This document shows positions 55,233 to 64,000 of a DNA stretch of 64,000 nt, piece by piece (position 1 is the stretch's first letter; the number at the start of each line of letters is the position of its first letter). Made by a program: the position numbers and the translations under genes. The DNA comes from Alloprevotella sp. (GTDB lineage Bacteria > Bacillota > Clostridia > Christensenellales > Aristaeellaceae): positions 22,289 through 86,288 of the forward strand of contig CAVEOA010000002.1 of the NCBI GenBank assembly GCA_963617205.1. The letters are read 5' to 3'. Under the pieces are notes generated by a model. It ran no database searches, was not told where the DNA came from, and was given only the letters and a program-made list of their open reading frames with translations.

Positions 55233-56783
55233 TTACTTGAAGGTGAAGCCCTGCACGCAAACGGCGCCCTCGCCGGAATAGCAGATGCTGTCAATCAGGG
55301 AGGAATTGTACACGTTGTACTTCTTCTCCACCAGCAGCGGCACGCAGTACACGTTTTCGGTCAGGTACTTCTGTGCCGCATTCACGGTTTCCTGAGAATT
55401 TGTTGCGACGCTCAGGGCGCTGCTGATGACGCTGCGCAGCTCTGCCAGCTCATCATCGGGCGCGAAGACCTCGTTCTGCTTCACGAAGGCGGATTCCCAC
55501 AGGTCGGTCACATAGAAGCCGCTCAGTTCGGAAAGGTTCAGCTCCCACGCGGAATCATCCTTCTTGGCAGCCAGCCAGTTGGGGAAAATGTTGCCGGAAA
55601 CATTCACGGTAATGCCGATTTGCGCCAGCTGGCTCTGCACGACGACGGCGATATCGTTGGCAATCGTGCCGTCGATGAACAGCAGGGTGATTTCGCAGCC
55701 ATTCGGATACTGCGACTGCGCCAGATACTCCTTCGCCTTCTCCACGTCGTGCGCAGGGATGTAGGAGGCAAAGGTTTCCGCATCATAGTCGGGATTCATG
55801 GGCGAACCGAGACCGTAGGTGGCAATGTTCGCGCCGCCGTTGACCATCGCGGCGACCAGCTCCTGGTCAATCGCGGTCAGAATCGCCATGCGGAGATACG
55901 GGTCGGACGTTTTGCTGTTGGGTGAATGGTTGACGAGCAGGGACTTCGGCGCGGTCGCCGTGGTCTCTTTCACCGTGTACATCGAAGAGAACGGACCGCC
56001 TTCCGCAAAGAACGCCGCATCCTGACTGGCAATGTCCGCCGTCATGTCGATGGTGCCCATCTGCAGGGCGACAGAAAGCTGCGAGGTTTCGGAAATCGTC
56101 TGGATTTCGATCACATCGGCAGGCTGCTGCTGGCGCGGGAACTTCACCTGATCGCCGCTCGCCCAGTAATTTTCGTTCACAGCCAGCGTAATGGACACGC
56201 CGGACACCCAGCCGGTTACCTTGTAGGGACCCGTGCCGACCGGCTTCGAGGCCATGCCGTCACCCGACGCCACATACGCCGCTTCGCTGACGATGTTGAC
56301 GTAGCTTGCCACATGCTCGAAGGCGCCCTTGACAGGGGTTGTCTTCCAGACGAACTGCACGGTGTACTCATCAATCGCCGTCACGGATTCGATTGCGTTA
56401 ACAACCGTTGACATTTCCGAAGAACCGACCTGCTCGGTCGCATAGCAGAACGCCACGTCCGACGCCTTAATCGGATTGCCCTCGGAGTCATGGATGTTCT
56501 CGTAGAGCTTCACGGTGTACGTGCGGTCCCCGTCGTACTCCCATGACTCCATCAGCAGCCCCTGGAAGTCATCGCCGTAGGTCATAAAGGAGCCGAGCGG
56601 CTCAAATACGGCTGTCGTATACGTCTTGGGATTCAGGAACGGCACAAGGCTGATGTAGGACTGCGTGCCGGCATAGACGACCTTGTCCACACGGCCGTTG
56701 TTGTCTGCATCCGCCGCAAATGCGAACGAGCAGGCAGAAAGTGCGAGGCAGAGTGCCAGCGCGAGCGCCAGGATTTTCTTCAT
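55233..56783 (-). CDS. Family-5 extracellular solute-binding lipoprotein (peptide/oligosaccharide)
   Basis: Lipobox LALSACS. 516 aa. PVGTGPYK motif. Confidence 0.8.
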   Translation of the reverse strand: MKKILALALALCLALSACSFAFAADADNNGRVDKVVYAGTQSYISLVPFLNPKTYTTAVFEPLGSFMTYGDDFQGLLMESWEYDGDRTYTVKLYENIHDSEGNPIKASDVAFCYATEQVGSSEMSTVVNAIESVTAIDEYTVQFVWKTTPVKGAFEHVASYVNIVSEAAYVASGDGMASKPVGTGPYKVTGWVSGVSITLAVNENYWASGDQVKFPRQQQPADVIEIQTISETSQLSVALQMGTIDMTADIASQDAAFFAEGGPFSSMYTVKETTATAPKSLLVNHSPNSKTSDPYLRMAILTAIDQELVAAMVNGGANIATYGLGSPMNPDYDAETFASYIPAHDVEKAKEYLAQSQYPNGCEITLLFIDGTIANDIAVVVQSQLAQIGITVNVSGNIFPNWLAAKKDDSAWELNLSELSGFYVTDLWESAFVKQNEVFAPDDELAELRSVISSALSVATNSQETVNAAQKYLTENVYCVPLLVEKKYNVYNSSLIDSICYSGEGAVCVQGFTFK

Positions 56784-56839
56784 GATGTCATCCTCCTTGA
56801 TGATTTATCGAATATCCGTTAAGGTGATTTGGTTTCTGT

Positions 56840-58138
56840 TTACTGCGCCGTGCCTGCCGCCATCGTGCCGACAACGCCCAGCGGATTCATCTTCATGGGG
56901 CTCGTGCTGTTCAAATCCTCCGTGCCGCCCAGCACGTTGCCCAGCTCGAAGAGCATGTTGTCGCAGGCAATCTGATCGGTGCTGCCGGATTCCACCATCG
57001 CCTTTGCTTCTGCCAGCTTTTCGGCGAAGGGCGTCCAGATTTCCTCGGTCACCCAGTACTTGTCAGCCGGCACGTCCGTGCCGTCGGCGCTGACCACGAC
57101 ATCAGCCGTCACCTGCTCGGCGTAGGCAACCGCATGGGCAAGCGCAGCCGGTGCGCCGCTGCCGCGCGTGAAGCCAATCACGTGATCCACGCCGTCGTCG
57201 GACGACCACATGATGATGACCTCGTCGGGATTGTTGTACTGATCGGTACGGCGCTCGCCGCGGATGAACTGCGTATGGCGGAATGCCTCGCCGAAGTTCT
57301 TGCCGATGTAGGAGTCGCCGGTCGTCACCGTTTCCGTCGCCCCATCGGGCAGGAACAGCGGATGCTTGACGGCGTTCGCATCGGTCGGATCGGTGTTCTC
57401 AATCAGCTTGCCGGTCACGGAATGGGCGCGCTTTGCCGTCCAGCCCTTCACGCCGTCCTGCCAGTAAATCATCATGTCCAGCGGCTGAATCGCGCTGTCG
57501 AAATTTTCCTCCGCGAATGTCACGCCGATGTCCTCGCCGCCGTCATCCTTGACGGACACAACGCCGTCATTTTTGCTGATTTCGCTGACAAACGTCGACG
57601 TGTAGTAGGTCGTCGAGATGACGGATGCCTTGTCGCTGCCAGCCTCCGCATACAGCTGAATCGTCTGACCGATCATATACGCGATGTGCTTCGTGTACAG
57701 GAACGCAGCCTCTTCGAGCGTTACAGGCTGACCCTGCACGTAGTTTTCTTCGACCTTCGGCATGAAGAAGCCGTCATCCCACTGCCGCTGCAGATGTGCC
57801 TTCCATGCCCAGCCGCCATCGACCTGCCAGATGGCGTTTTCGCCGTTCACGACAAGCGATTCCGTGCTCAGCGTGCCGTCCGCAAGCGTGTACGGAATCC
57901 GCTGACCGTTGACGTAGACGTTGCCGGCATTCACGATGGCCCGAACGCCGGTCTCGGCGCCGCCCTCGAAATACGGGGCGAACTGCTCGTCAATGAGCGT
58001 CAGGCTGGAATCGCAGACGACGGTGTACAGCAGCGTGTACTCCTTGCCGTCGAACAATGCCGTTTCCTCTGCGCCTGCGCAGGTGATTCCGCACAGCAGC
58101 AGGCAGAGGGTCACGATGAGTGTCAGGGTTCTTTTCAT
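56840..58138 (-). CDS. Secreted protein of unknown function, first gene of the ChbG/ABC operon
   Basis: Signal peptide MKRTLTLIVTLCLLLCGITCAGA. 432 aa. No motif recognised. Confidence 0.6.
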   Translation of the reverse strand: MKRTLTLIVTLCLLLCGITCAGAEETALFDGKEYTLLYTVVCDSSLTLIDEQFAPYFEGGAETGVRAIVNAGNVYVNGQRIPYTLADGTLSTESLVVNGENAIWQVDGGWAWKAHLQRQWDDGFFMPKVEENYVQGQPVTLEEAAFLYTKHIAYMIGQTIQLYAEAGSDKASVISTTYYTSTFVSEISKNDGVVSVKDDGGEDIGVTFAEENFDSAIQPLDMMIYWQDGVKGWTAKRAHSVTGKLIENTDPTDANAVKHPLFLPDGATETVTTGDSYIGKNFGEAFRHTQFIRGERRTDQYNNPDEVIIMWSSDDGVDHVIGFTRGSGAPAALAHAVAYAEQVTADVVVSADGTDVPADKYWVTEEIWTPFAEKLAEAKAMVESGSTDQIACDNMLFELGNVLGGTEDLNSTSPMKMNPLGVVGTMAAGTAQ

Positions 58139-58178
58139 GGTTCTCCTCCTTTTTTATGATATCCATTTTAATTCGTGT

Positions 58179-58228
58179 ATTAGAACACGTTCTAATCGGA
58201 TTATAAATCATATCCGTCCGTTTGTCAA
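58179..58228 (-). promoter_or_regulatory. Consensus sigma-A promoter plus 18-bp palindromic operator (module 1)
   Basis: Minus strand TTGACA (58228-58223), a 17-nt spacer, then TATAAT (58205-58200). ATTAGAAC-GT-GTTCTAAT follows at 58196-58179, with perfect 8-bp arms. Confidence 0.65.
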
Positions 58229-58245
58229 CAGCTTTTTTTACTTTT

Positions 58246-58836
58246 TTACGGCACCGGCTGACCATTCGCGTTTTTGTGCATGGTCATGAGCAAATTGCTG
58301 AAGCTCTGGCGAATTGCAAGGGAGCATCCGGCGCTGAGCAGCAATGCAAGGATAACCATCGCGTCCACATACGTGCCGTTTCCGCCGGACAGCAGCGCCG
58401 CACCGCCGGAAACAGCAGAGAGGAGCAGCAGCACCGCATGGGCAACCCAGCCAATCCGGATGCACTGGTCCACCTCGTCCGCTGTCATACGCTTCATGTA
58501 CGCGCCGCTCAGCGCAAAACGAAGAACGCCATACGCACCAATCAGCCATGCGACGACAGACAGCACGCCGAAACCATTCGCCAGGCGACAATGGTTGAAG
58601 GGCACGTCCGCAAGCCCTGCCGCCATCGCCGCGGCCATGCCGAGAAGCATCGTAAGCAGCATCCGCAGCTTGACCGACCGCATCGTCCTCCCCTGCTTTG
58701 GGGGCGTATAGCGGCAGAACATGCCGATATAGCGGTACACCATGCGATAGCCCTTTCGATTCCGTGCAGGCTCCTTCACGGCCTCCCAGTTTTCAAAATA
58801 ACGATCCCTGTAGGACTTGCGCTTCTCTCTCCGCAT
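58246..58836 (-). CDS. Membrane protein of unknown function (about 4 TM)
   Basis: Basic N-terminus followed by hydrophobic segments. It lies immediately downstream of the MATE gene (1-nt gap). Confidence 0.55.
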   Translation of the reverse strand: MRREKRKSYRDRYFENWEAVKEPARNRKGYRMVYRYIGMFCRYTPPKQGRTMRSVKLRMLLTMLLGMAAAMAAGLADVPFNHCRLANGFGVLSVVAWLIGAYGVLRFALSGAYMKRMTADEVDQCIRIGWVAHAVLLLLSAVSGGAALLSGGNGTYVDAMVILALLLSAGCSLAIRQSFSNLLMTMHKNANGQPVP

Positions 58837-58837
58837 G

Positions 58838-60295
58838 TTACTTTGCGTCCTTCAGCAGATTTTTCTTTTTCCACGCGCCCGTATAGTAGTAAATCATGCA
58901 CACGACGGCAGGCAGGACGCGACTGAGTCCCGTTCCCCAGAAATATGCCTGCGTCCGCAGGAATTCCTCCAGCGTCAGACCCGCCTCCGCATAGGCAGCC
59001 ATGCTTGTCCAGAACGAAAACGCCTCCGGCGCCGCATTCAGGAACAGCTGAATGAACAGCAGGCTCAAGCCGATTTTGCATACAACGCCGTCCAGCACGC
59101 CGATGATGAAATTCAGCATCGCGCTGCCTGCACCAAGCACCATGGCCTGATACGAGCTGGTGACGGCGGACACGAGAATATGCACCGCCAGCATCTGGAC
59201 GTAGAAGACGCCGAGCGCCTCCACCTGCTGGTCAATCGTAAAGATGCCGAAGGTCTGCTTCGGGAAGAGCAGGATAATCAGCGAAATCAGCAAACCGAAG
59301 GCAAAGCTTGTCAGCAGCGTATAGCGAACCGCCTTTTTCGCGCGGTCCTGCTTCTGCGCGCCGAGATTCTGCCCGACCATGGCGGCACATGCCTGCGACA
59401 TGGAGGAAGAGAACATTTCGAGGAACTTCTGCAGCTTGTTGCCGATGCCGTTTGTGCCGGAAGCAATCGCGCCGCACGCGTTGATGCTCGCATTGATCCA
59501 CAGCATGGACACGCGCACAAGGATGGAGCGAATCGCCTGCGGCAGACCCAGCTGCAGCAGCATCTTCATATGCGTCGCATCCAGATTGAAATAGCTCAGC
59601 TTCAGTTCAAAATCAAACGTTTCGCGGCGCTTGTACATATAGATGAAGCACGCTGCAAAGCTGGCCAGCTGGGAAATAACCGTCGCGATGGCGGTTCCTG
59701 CCGCGCTCAGCGGAATCACCGCGACCAGCAGGATGTCCAGCACGATGTTCACCACCGCCGCAATGATAATAAACAGCAGCGGGCGCTTGCTTTCGCCCAT
59801 GCCGCGCAGGACACCGCTGACGGCGTTATAGCCGAAGATAAACGGCAGTCCAATGGCGGTGATGACCATGTAAGACGTTGCCTCTCCCATTGCCTCCTCC
59901 GGGCAGTTCAGCATCCGCAGAATCGGCTTCGTCAGCACGATGGTAAGGACCATCAGGACGAGCGAGGCAATCATCATCAGGGTGATGAAGGTGCCGGTCG
60001 CCTTTTTCTGGTCGCCGAATCGCTTTGCGCCTGCCAGCTGGGCAATATAAATCTGTCCGGCAGATGCAAAGGCGGTTGCAACCGGCGTCAGGAAATCGGC
60101 AATTTCGCCGCCCGTGTTGACGCCTACCGTGCCCACATTGCCCACAAACTGCCCGATGACCATCAAATCCACCATGGAATACAGCTGCTGGATCAAATTT
60201 GCCAGCACAATGGGCATCGCGAAGAGCATCAGGGACTTCCAGATAGGTCCGCTCGTCAAATCGCGACCGACCCTTTTTTTCATCACTGCCGTCAT
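58838..60295 (-). CDS. MATE-family efflux transporter
   Basis: 485 aa with 12 TM segments. N-terminus GPIWKSLMLFAMPIVLANLIQQLYSMVD is typical of MATE. Confidence 0.85.
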   Translation of the reverse strand: MTAVMKKRVGRDLTSGPIWKSLMLFAMPIVLANLIQQLYSMVDLMVIGQFVGNVGTVGVNTGGEIADFLTPVATAFASAGQIYIAQLAGAKRFGDQKKATGTFITLMMIASLVLMVLTIVLTKPILRMLNCPEEAMGEATSYMVITAIGLPFIFGYNAVSGVLRGMGESKRPLLFIIIAAVVNIVLDILLVAVIPLSAAGTAIATVISQLASFAACFIYMYKRRETFDFELKLSYFNLDATHMKMLLQLGLPQAIRSILVRVSMLWINASINACGAIASGTNGIGNKLQKFLEMFSSSMSQACAAMVGQNLGAQKQDRAKKAVRYTLLTSFAFGLLISLIILLFPKQTFGIFTIDQQVEALGVFYVQMLAVHILVSAVTSSYQAMVLGAGSAMLNFIIGVLDGVVCKIGLSLLFIQLFLNAAPEAFSFWTSMAAYAEAGLTLEEFLRTQAYFWGTGLSRVLPAVVCMIYYYTGAWKKKNLLKDAK

Positions 60296-60329
60296 TTCAA
60301 ATCCTCCTCAAAAAAGTTTCAGAACACAC

Positions 60330-60388
60330 TTTAAAACGCGTTCTAATTGTGCTATACTTATCATAAATCGCCTGAGGAGGTTTGTCAA
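60330..60388 (-). promoter_or_regulatory. Sigma-A promoter plus related operator (module 2)
   Basis: Minus strand TTGACA (60388-60383), a 17-nt spacer, then TATGAT (60365-60360). ATTAGAACGCGTTTTAAA at 60347-60330 matches the module 1 operator at 15 of 18 positions. Confidence 0.55.
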
Positions 60389-60439
60389 GTCCCTTCATCG
60401 GGAAATTTGCATTTCTCTTCGCGAAGGAAGGAGGAACCC

Positions 60440-61708
60440 ATGACGGACACGCAATACCGCGCATCGTACGTGCGCATCGGCGCCTTCATGCAGGGCATCA
60501 ACGCCGTTTTCTACGTCCCTGCCAACCAAAAAAGCAGCACAGGCATCGTCGTGCTGCATTCCGATTCTGATTACCTCTCTTTTCCCGGCGGCGCGGGCAT
60601 GGCCTCTCGCGGCTTCCTGACCCTGTGCGCAAATGTCGAAAATCCATCTGACCCGCTGGAGAAGAAGCTTCTTTCCGTCAAGCTGGCAGTGGAGGAAATG
60701 CGCCGTCAGCCGGGAATCGACCGGATTGTCCTGCTCGGGCACAGCGGCGGTGCAACGCTGATGAGCCTGTATCAGGCAGTTGCCGAAAACGGCACCGATA
60801 TTTTTCGGGATGAGCACCGCATCGTCAAGCTTGGTGATGTGCCGTCCCTGCCGGCTGCGGATGGTGTCATGCTCATTGATTCCAATTTCGGCAACGGCGT
60901 GATGACGCTTGTCAGCATTGACCCTGCCGTTCAGGATGAAGCAAGCGGATGCAGCAACAACCCTGCTTTTTACCCCTTTTCCGCAGAAAACGGCTATCGG
61001 GCAAACGGCGTCACCCATTACAGCGACGCATTTCTCTCTTCCTATTATAAAGCACAGGCAGAACGCGCTGACCGAATCCGTGAAAGGGCGCTTGAGCGCC
61101 TGTCCATGCTGGAAAAGCATCAGGGGCGCTTTGCGGATGACGAACCGTTCCTGATTCCCGGCGGCAGTCAGGTTGCGCCGAACAACCGGCTGTTTCCGCA
61201 GGATTTGCACCTGCTGTCGCACACGAAGGAGCAATATGACCTGATTCACGGCAGAGACGGCAGCGTCACGCACGAAATCATCCGCTCCCTGCGCACACCC
61301 CGCGGCGCGCTGTACGGCACAGAGCTCTATGGATTAGGCTGCTGGAACACCACTGTCCGCACGTACCTTTCTTCAAACTGCGTGCGCACAACGCCCGACT
61401 ATCGGGTGTCAGAAACCGGCGTTGAGGGCATTGATTACGATTCCTGTTTCTGCTGCACGCCCGGCAATGTGAAGCACATTCATGCCCCGATGCTGATCAT
61501 GGGGATGACCGGTGGCTACGAGTGCATCGCCAGCGAGGTCATCTACGAAAACGCCGCCTCCGCCGACAAATCCATCGCCTTTGTCGAGGGCGGCACGCAC
61601 ATGCTGGGCACGGCACACGACGCGGAGCAATATCCCGGACAATTCGGTGATGCGCCGTCTGCGCTGTTTGACGCCATAGCGCAATGGCTGACAAGGAGGA
61701 TGAAATGA
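60440..61708 (+). CDS. Alpha/beta hydrolase-fold protein
   Basis: Nucleophile elbow VLLGHSGGATL. ATG 60440 follows aaggaaggagg. Confidence 0.7.
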   Translation: MTDTQYRASYVRIGAFMQGINAVFYVPANQKSSTGIVVLHSDSDYLSFPGGAGMASRGFLTLCANVENPSDPLEKKLLSVKLAVEEMRRQPGIDRIVLLGHSGGATLMSLYQAVAENGTDIFRDEHRIVKLGDVPSLPAADGVMLIDSNFGNGVMTLVSIDPAVQDEASGCSNNPAFYPFSAENGYRANGVTHYSDAFLSSYYKAQAERADRIRERALERLSMLEKHQGRFADDEPFLIPGGSQVAPNNRLFPQDLHLLSHTKEQYDLIHGRDGSVTHEIIRSLRTPRGALYGTELYGLGCWNTTVRTYLSSNCVRTTPDYRVSETGVEGIDYDSCFCCTPGNVKHIHAPMLIMGMTGGYECIASEVIYENAASADKSIAFVEGGTHMLGTAHDAEQYPGQFGDAPSALFDAIAQWLTRRMK

Positions 61709-62583
61709 TGAACGGCAATTCTGACGAACTGAACCGCCCCTACCTGAACCGGCTGACCATCAACTACCGCTACATCGGCACGGAGGAGGCATCGACCGAA
61801 TGCACGCTTTTCGGTCGGAAATTAGCCACGCCGATTCTGCTCGGCGGTCTCGCGCATTACGAGCGGCTCAATGAAAGCGGTATGGCAGGCTATGCCGCCG
61901 CTGCCGCATCAGCCGGGACAGCCATGTGGACCGGCTTCTCCACCGATGCGGAAATCGAATCGGTCGTTGCTGCCGGCATTCCCGCCGCGCGCATCATCAA
62001 GCCGTTCGCCGACACCGATGACGTGCTTTCGATGATTGCGCATGACGAAAAGGCAGGCTGCTGCGCCATCGCCATGGATATCGACCATGCCTACAACAAG
62101 CGTGGTTTTCACGATTCCTTCGGCGGAAGACCCCTTGCATCGCCCAGCGTATCCGTCCTGCGAACGTATGCGAAAAGCACCTCGCTTCCCTTCTTCTGCA
62201 AGGGCGTGTTGAGCGTTTCGGACGCCGTTTCCTGCGCCGAAGCAGGGATTGCCGGCATTGTCGTCAGCCAGCATCAGAACATGTTCCCATGGAATCCGCC
62301 TGTGCTGTCCGTCCTGCCGGAAATTCGCAGGGCAGTCGGCAGCAGCCTGACCATCCTGTGCGACAGCGGTCTTGACACCGGCTATGAATGCTTCAAGGCG
62401 CTCGCACTCGGCGCGGACGGCGTATTCACGGTACGCCCCATGATGCCGATTTTCCGCGAAAAGGGCGCGTCGGGCATCGCGGAACGCCTGACGCAGATGA
62501 CGGATGAGCTGCGCTGCGCCATGTCGCGCACCGGCTCAAAGGATGTCCGCCATATTGATTCCTCTGCCATTCGCTTCATTTGA
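61705..62583 (+). CDS. FMN-dependent alpha-hydroxy-acid dehydrogenase/oxidase-family protein (short form)
   Basis: TIM-barrel motifs GIAGIVVSQHQ and CDSGLDTGYECFKALALGADGV. The start overlaps the upstream stop. Confidence 0.6.
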   Translation: MMNGNSDELNRPYLNRLTINYRYIGTEEASTECTLFGRKLATPILLGGLAHYERLNESGMAGYAAAAASAGTAMWTGFSTDAEIESVVAAGIPAARIIKPFADTDDVLSMIAHDEKAGCCAIAMDIDHAYNKRGFHDSFGGRPLASPSVSVLRTYAKSTSLPFFCKGVLSVSDAVSCAEAGIAGIVVSQHQNMFPWNPPVLSVLPEIRRAVGSSLTILCDSGLDTGYECFKALALGADGVFTVRPMMPIFREKGASGIAERLTQMTDELRCAMSRTGSKDVRHIDSSAIRFI

Positions 62584-62597
62584 AAGGAGATTGTTTG

Positions 62598-64000
62598 ATG
62601 ATTGACTTAAAGGCGAACCCGTTTTTCCTGTCGGACGAACAGGTTAATTGGGTGCATGTGACGCTCGCTTCCATGACGGATGAAGAAAAGCTCGGGCAGC
62701 TCTTCTGCCTGATGGGTCAGGATTATCCCATGGCGCAGATGGCACAGATGGTCAGTTGCGGCAGGGTCGGCGGCATTCTGTATCGTCCGGAGGCAGCACA
62801 GTCCATTCGTGACCGCTGGGCAACGCTTGATCCGCTGGCACGGATTCCCCTGCTCAAGGCAGCCAATCTGGAGGAAGGCGGCGCCGGCGCCATCACAGAC
62901 GGCACGCTTTTCGGCTGGCCGATGCTGACCGCCGCGACGGATGACGAGTCGGTCGCCGCAAAATTCGGCACGGTCTGCGGCGCTGAAGGGCGGAGCACAG
63001 GCATCAACTGGACGTTCTCACCCGTCAGCGACATCGACATGAATCCCCTGAACCCCATCACGAATGTCCGCACCTTCGGCAGCGACCCCGAACGCATCAG
63101 GCGCATGACCGGCGCATATGTGGATGCGGTGCAGTCCTGCGGCGTTGCGGCGTGCGCCAAGCATTTTCCCGGCGACGGCGTAGACTACCGCGATCAGCAT
63201 CTGCATCCCACCTATAACAGCCTGAGTGCGCGGGAATGGTACGATACCTACGGCGCCATCTACCGGAACCTGATTGACCGTCATCACCTGCTCAGCGTCA
63301 TGGTCGGGCATATTGTGCAGCCGAATGTGGAAATGGACATCAATCCGTCCCTTCAGTTTGCGGACTGCCTGCCGGGCTCGCTGTCGCATGAGCTGCTGAC
63401 CGGCGTGCTGCGCGGCAAATTCGGCTTCAACGGCGTTATCACGACGGATGCAACCATCATGGGCGGATTCTGTCAGGCGATGGCGCGGCGCGATGCCATT
63501 CCTGCCGCCATCATGGCAGGCAACGATATGCTTGTTTTCTCAACGGACAGCGACGAGGACTTCGGCTATCTTCAGGCAGCGCTGTCAGACGGTCGGCTGA
63601 CGCATGAGCGCCTGAACGAAGCGGTGACACGCATTCTGGCGCTCAAGGCAAAGGTCTGCTTTCAACCAGAGTGCAAGATAGCATCAAGCGGCGCTGAATG
63701 GCATCGCGAGGCAGCGGAAAAGGCAATCACGCTTGTCAAGAATACAAGCGCAGTCCTCCTGCCCGTCACGCCGGAAAAGTACCCCGTCATCCGCCTGATT
63801 TGCCTTGGCAGGGACGACATTGCAGACGGCAGCGTCCGGGCGATTGTCACCGAATGGCTGCAAAACGCCGGCTTCTCCGTGGAATGCTACAATCCCCTTG
63901 CGGATGAGCTGCACGGCACCTCCACCCTGTCCGACCGCCGCCTGACGCTGTACATCATGAATCACGAGCACGCTTCCAATCAGACCACCGTGCGCATCGA
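62598..64000 (+). CDS. GH3 glycosidase (NagZ/beta-glucosidase-like), partial, continues past the window end
   Basis: Absent from the ORF track because it has no stop codon in the window. My translation from ATG 62598 (SD aaggag) gives MIDLKANPFFLSDEQVNWV...EEKLGQLF...GINWTFSPVSDI...AKHFPGDG, which are GH3 N-domain motifs. Confidence 0.75.
   Translation, partial: MIDLKANPFFLSDEQVNWVHVTLASMTDEEKLGQLFCLMGQDYPMAQMAQMVSCGRVGGILYRPEAAQSIRDRWATLDPLARIPLLKAANLEEGGAGAITDGTLFGWPMLTAATDDESVAAKFGTVCGAEGRSTGINWTFSPVSDIDMNPLNPITNVRTFGSDPERIRRMTGAYVDAVQSCGVAACAKHFPGDGVDYRDQHLHPTYNSLSAREWYDTYGAIYRNLIDRHHLLSVMVGHIVQPNVEMDINPSLQFADCLPGSLSHELLTGVLRGKFGFNGVITTDATIMGGFCQAMARRDAIPAAIMAGNDMLVFSTDSDEDFGYLQAALSDGRLTHERLNEAVTRILALKAKVCFQPECKIASSGAEWHREAAEKAITLVKNTSAVLLPVTPEKYPVIRLICLGRDDIADGSVRAIVTEWLQNAGFSVECYNPLADELHGTSTLSDRRLTLYIMNHEHASNQTTVRI

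Noticed and set aside
58179-58196. GAAC...GTTC palindrome considered as a LexA/Cheo SOS box
   Set aside because: The Firmicute LexA box is GAAC-N4-GTTC. Here the arms are separated by only 2 nt, and the conserved arms extend to ATTAGAAC. The downstream genes are transport and sugar genes, not SOS genes.
58817-60334. 505-aa plus-strand ORF over the MATE gene
   Set aside because: It is antisense to a 12-TM MATE transporter. The translation is highly charged and Arg/His/Gln-rich.

Overview
The window is a 64-kb stretch that looks like a moderately GC-rich Firmicute, with gene content typical of a gut Clostridia-type anaerobe (inference). All family calls come from reading motifs in the translated ORFs, because no database search was possible.

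Layout:
- (a) 1-3.5 kb: the 5' part of a secreted GH3 glycosidase gene, then an AgrC-like kinase / LytTR regulator pair.
- (b) 3.8-19.8 kb: a tightly packed minus-strand accessory locus built around a type VIIb secretion ATPase (EssC, 1505 aa) and EsaB/YukD.
  - It carries two DUF4176 genes that bracket three small helical WXG100/Lap-like genes and a 262-aa effector candidate with a glycine-zipper tail.
  - Next come a TPR/FN3-like lipoprotein, an apparently active Hanks Ser/Thr kinase with EssB-like topology, a repeat-rich secreted protein, a CxxC thioredoxin-like protein and a Cys-rich secreted protein.
  - The locus is headed by a 968-aa NB-ARC + TPR STAND NTPase.
  - No EsaA, EssA or canonical EssB is recognisable.
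  - This locus is my candidate for the unusual system.
- (c) 20.1-22.7 kb: an MBOAT plus AlgX/DHHW-like O-acyltransferase pair.
- (d) 22.8-37.1 kb: an amino-sugar (Aga/Nag-like) catabolic operon. It has a CUT1 ABC importer, a SIS isomerase/deaminase, a class II aldolase, a FucI-like isomerase, PfkA-type kinase and TIM paralogues and a LarA homologue. NagA, two TSUP/TauE membrane proteins and a LacI regulator go with it.
- (e) 37.4-47.6 kb: an AraC-controlled LplABC-type ABC importer, a 2-hydroxyacid dehydrogenase paralogue, GH88, a CN-hydrolase and a GH36 alpha-galactosidase.
- (f) 47.9-58.1 kb: TetR, an esterase-like protein, a ChbG/YdjC deacetylase, an Opp/Dpp-type ABC importer and an unknown secreted protein.
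- (g) 58.2-64 kb: a MATE exporter plus a membrane protein, an alpha/beta hydrolase, an FMN-dependent dehydrogenase and a second, partial GH3.

Several near-consensus sigma-A promoters, operator palindromes, terminators, an in-frame 30-bp tandem repeat, a MITE-like element and a hairpin element present in two intergenic regions can be read directly. I recognised no rRNA, tRNA, CRISPR array, transposase or integrase.
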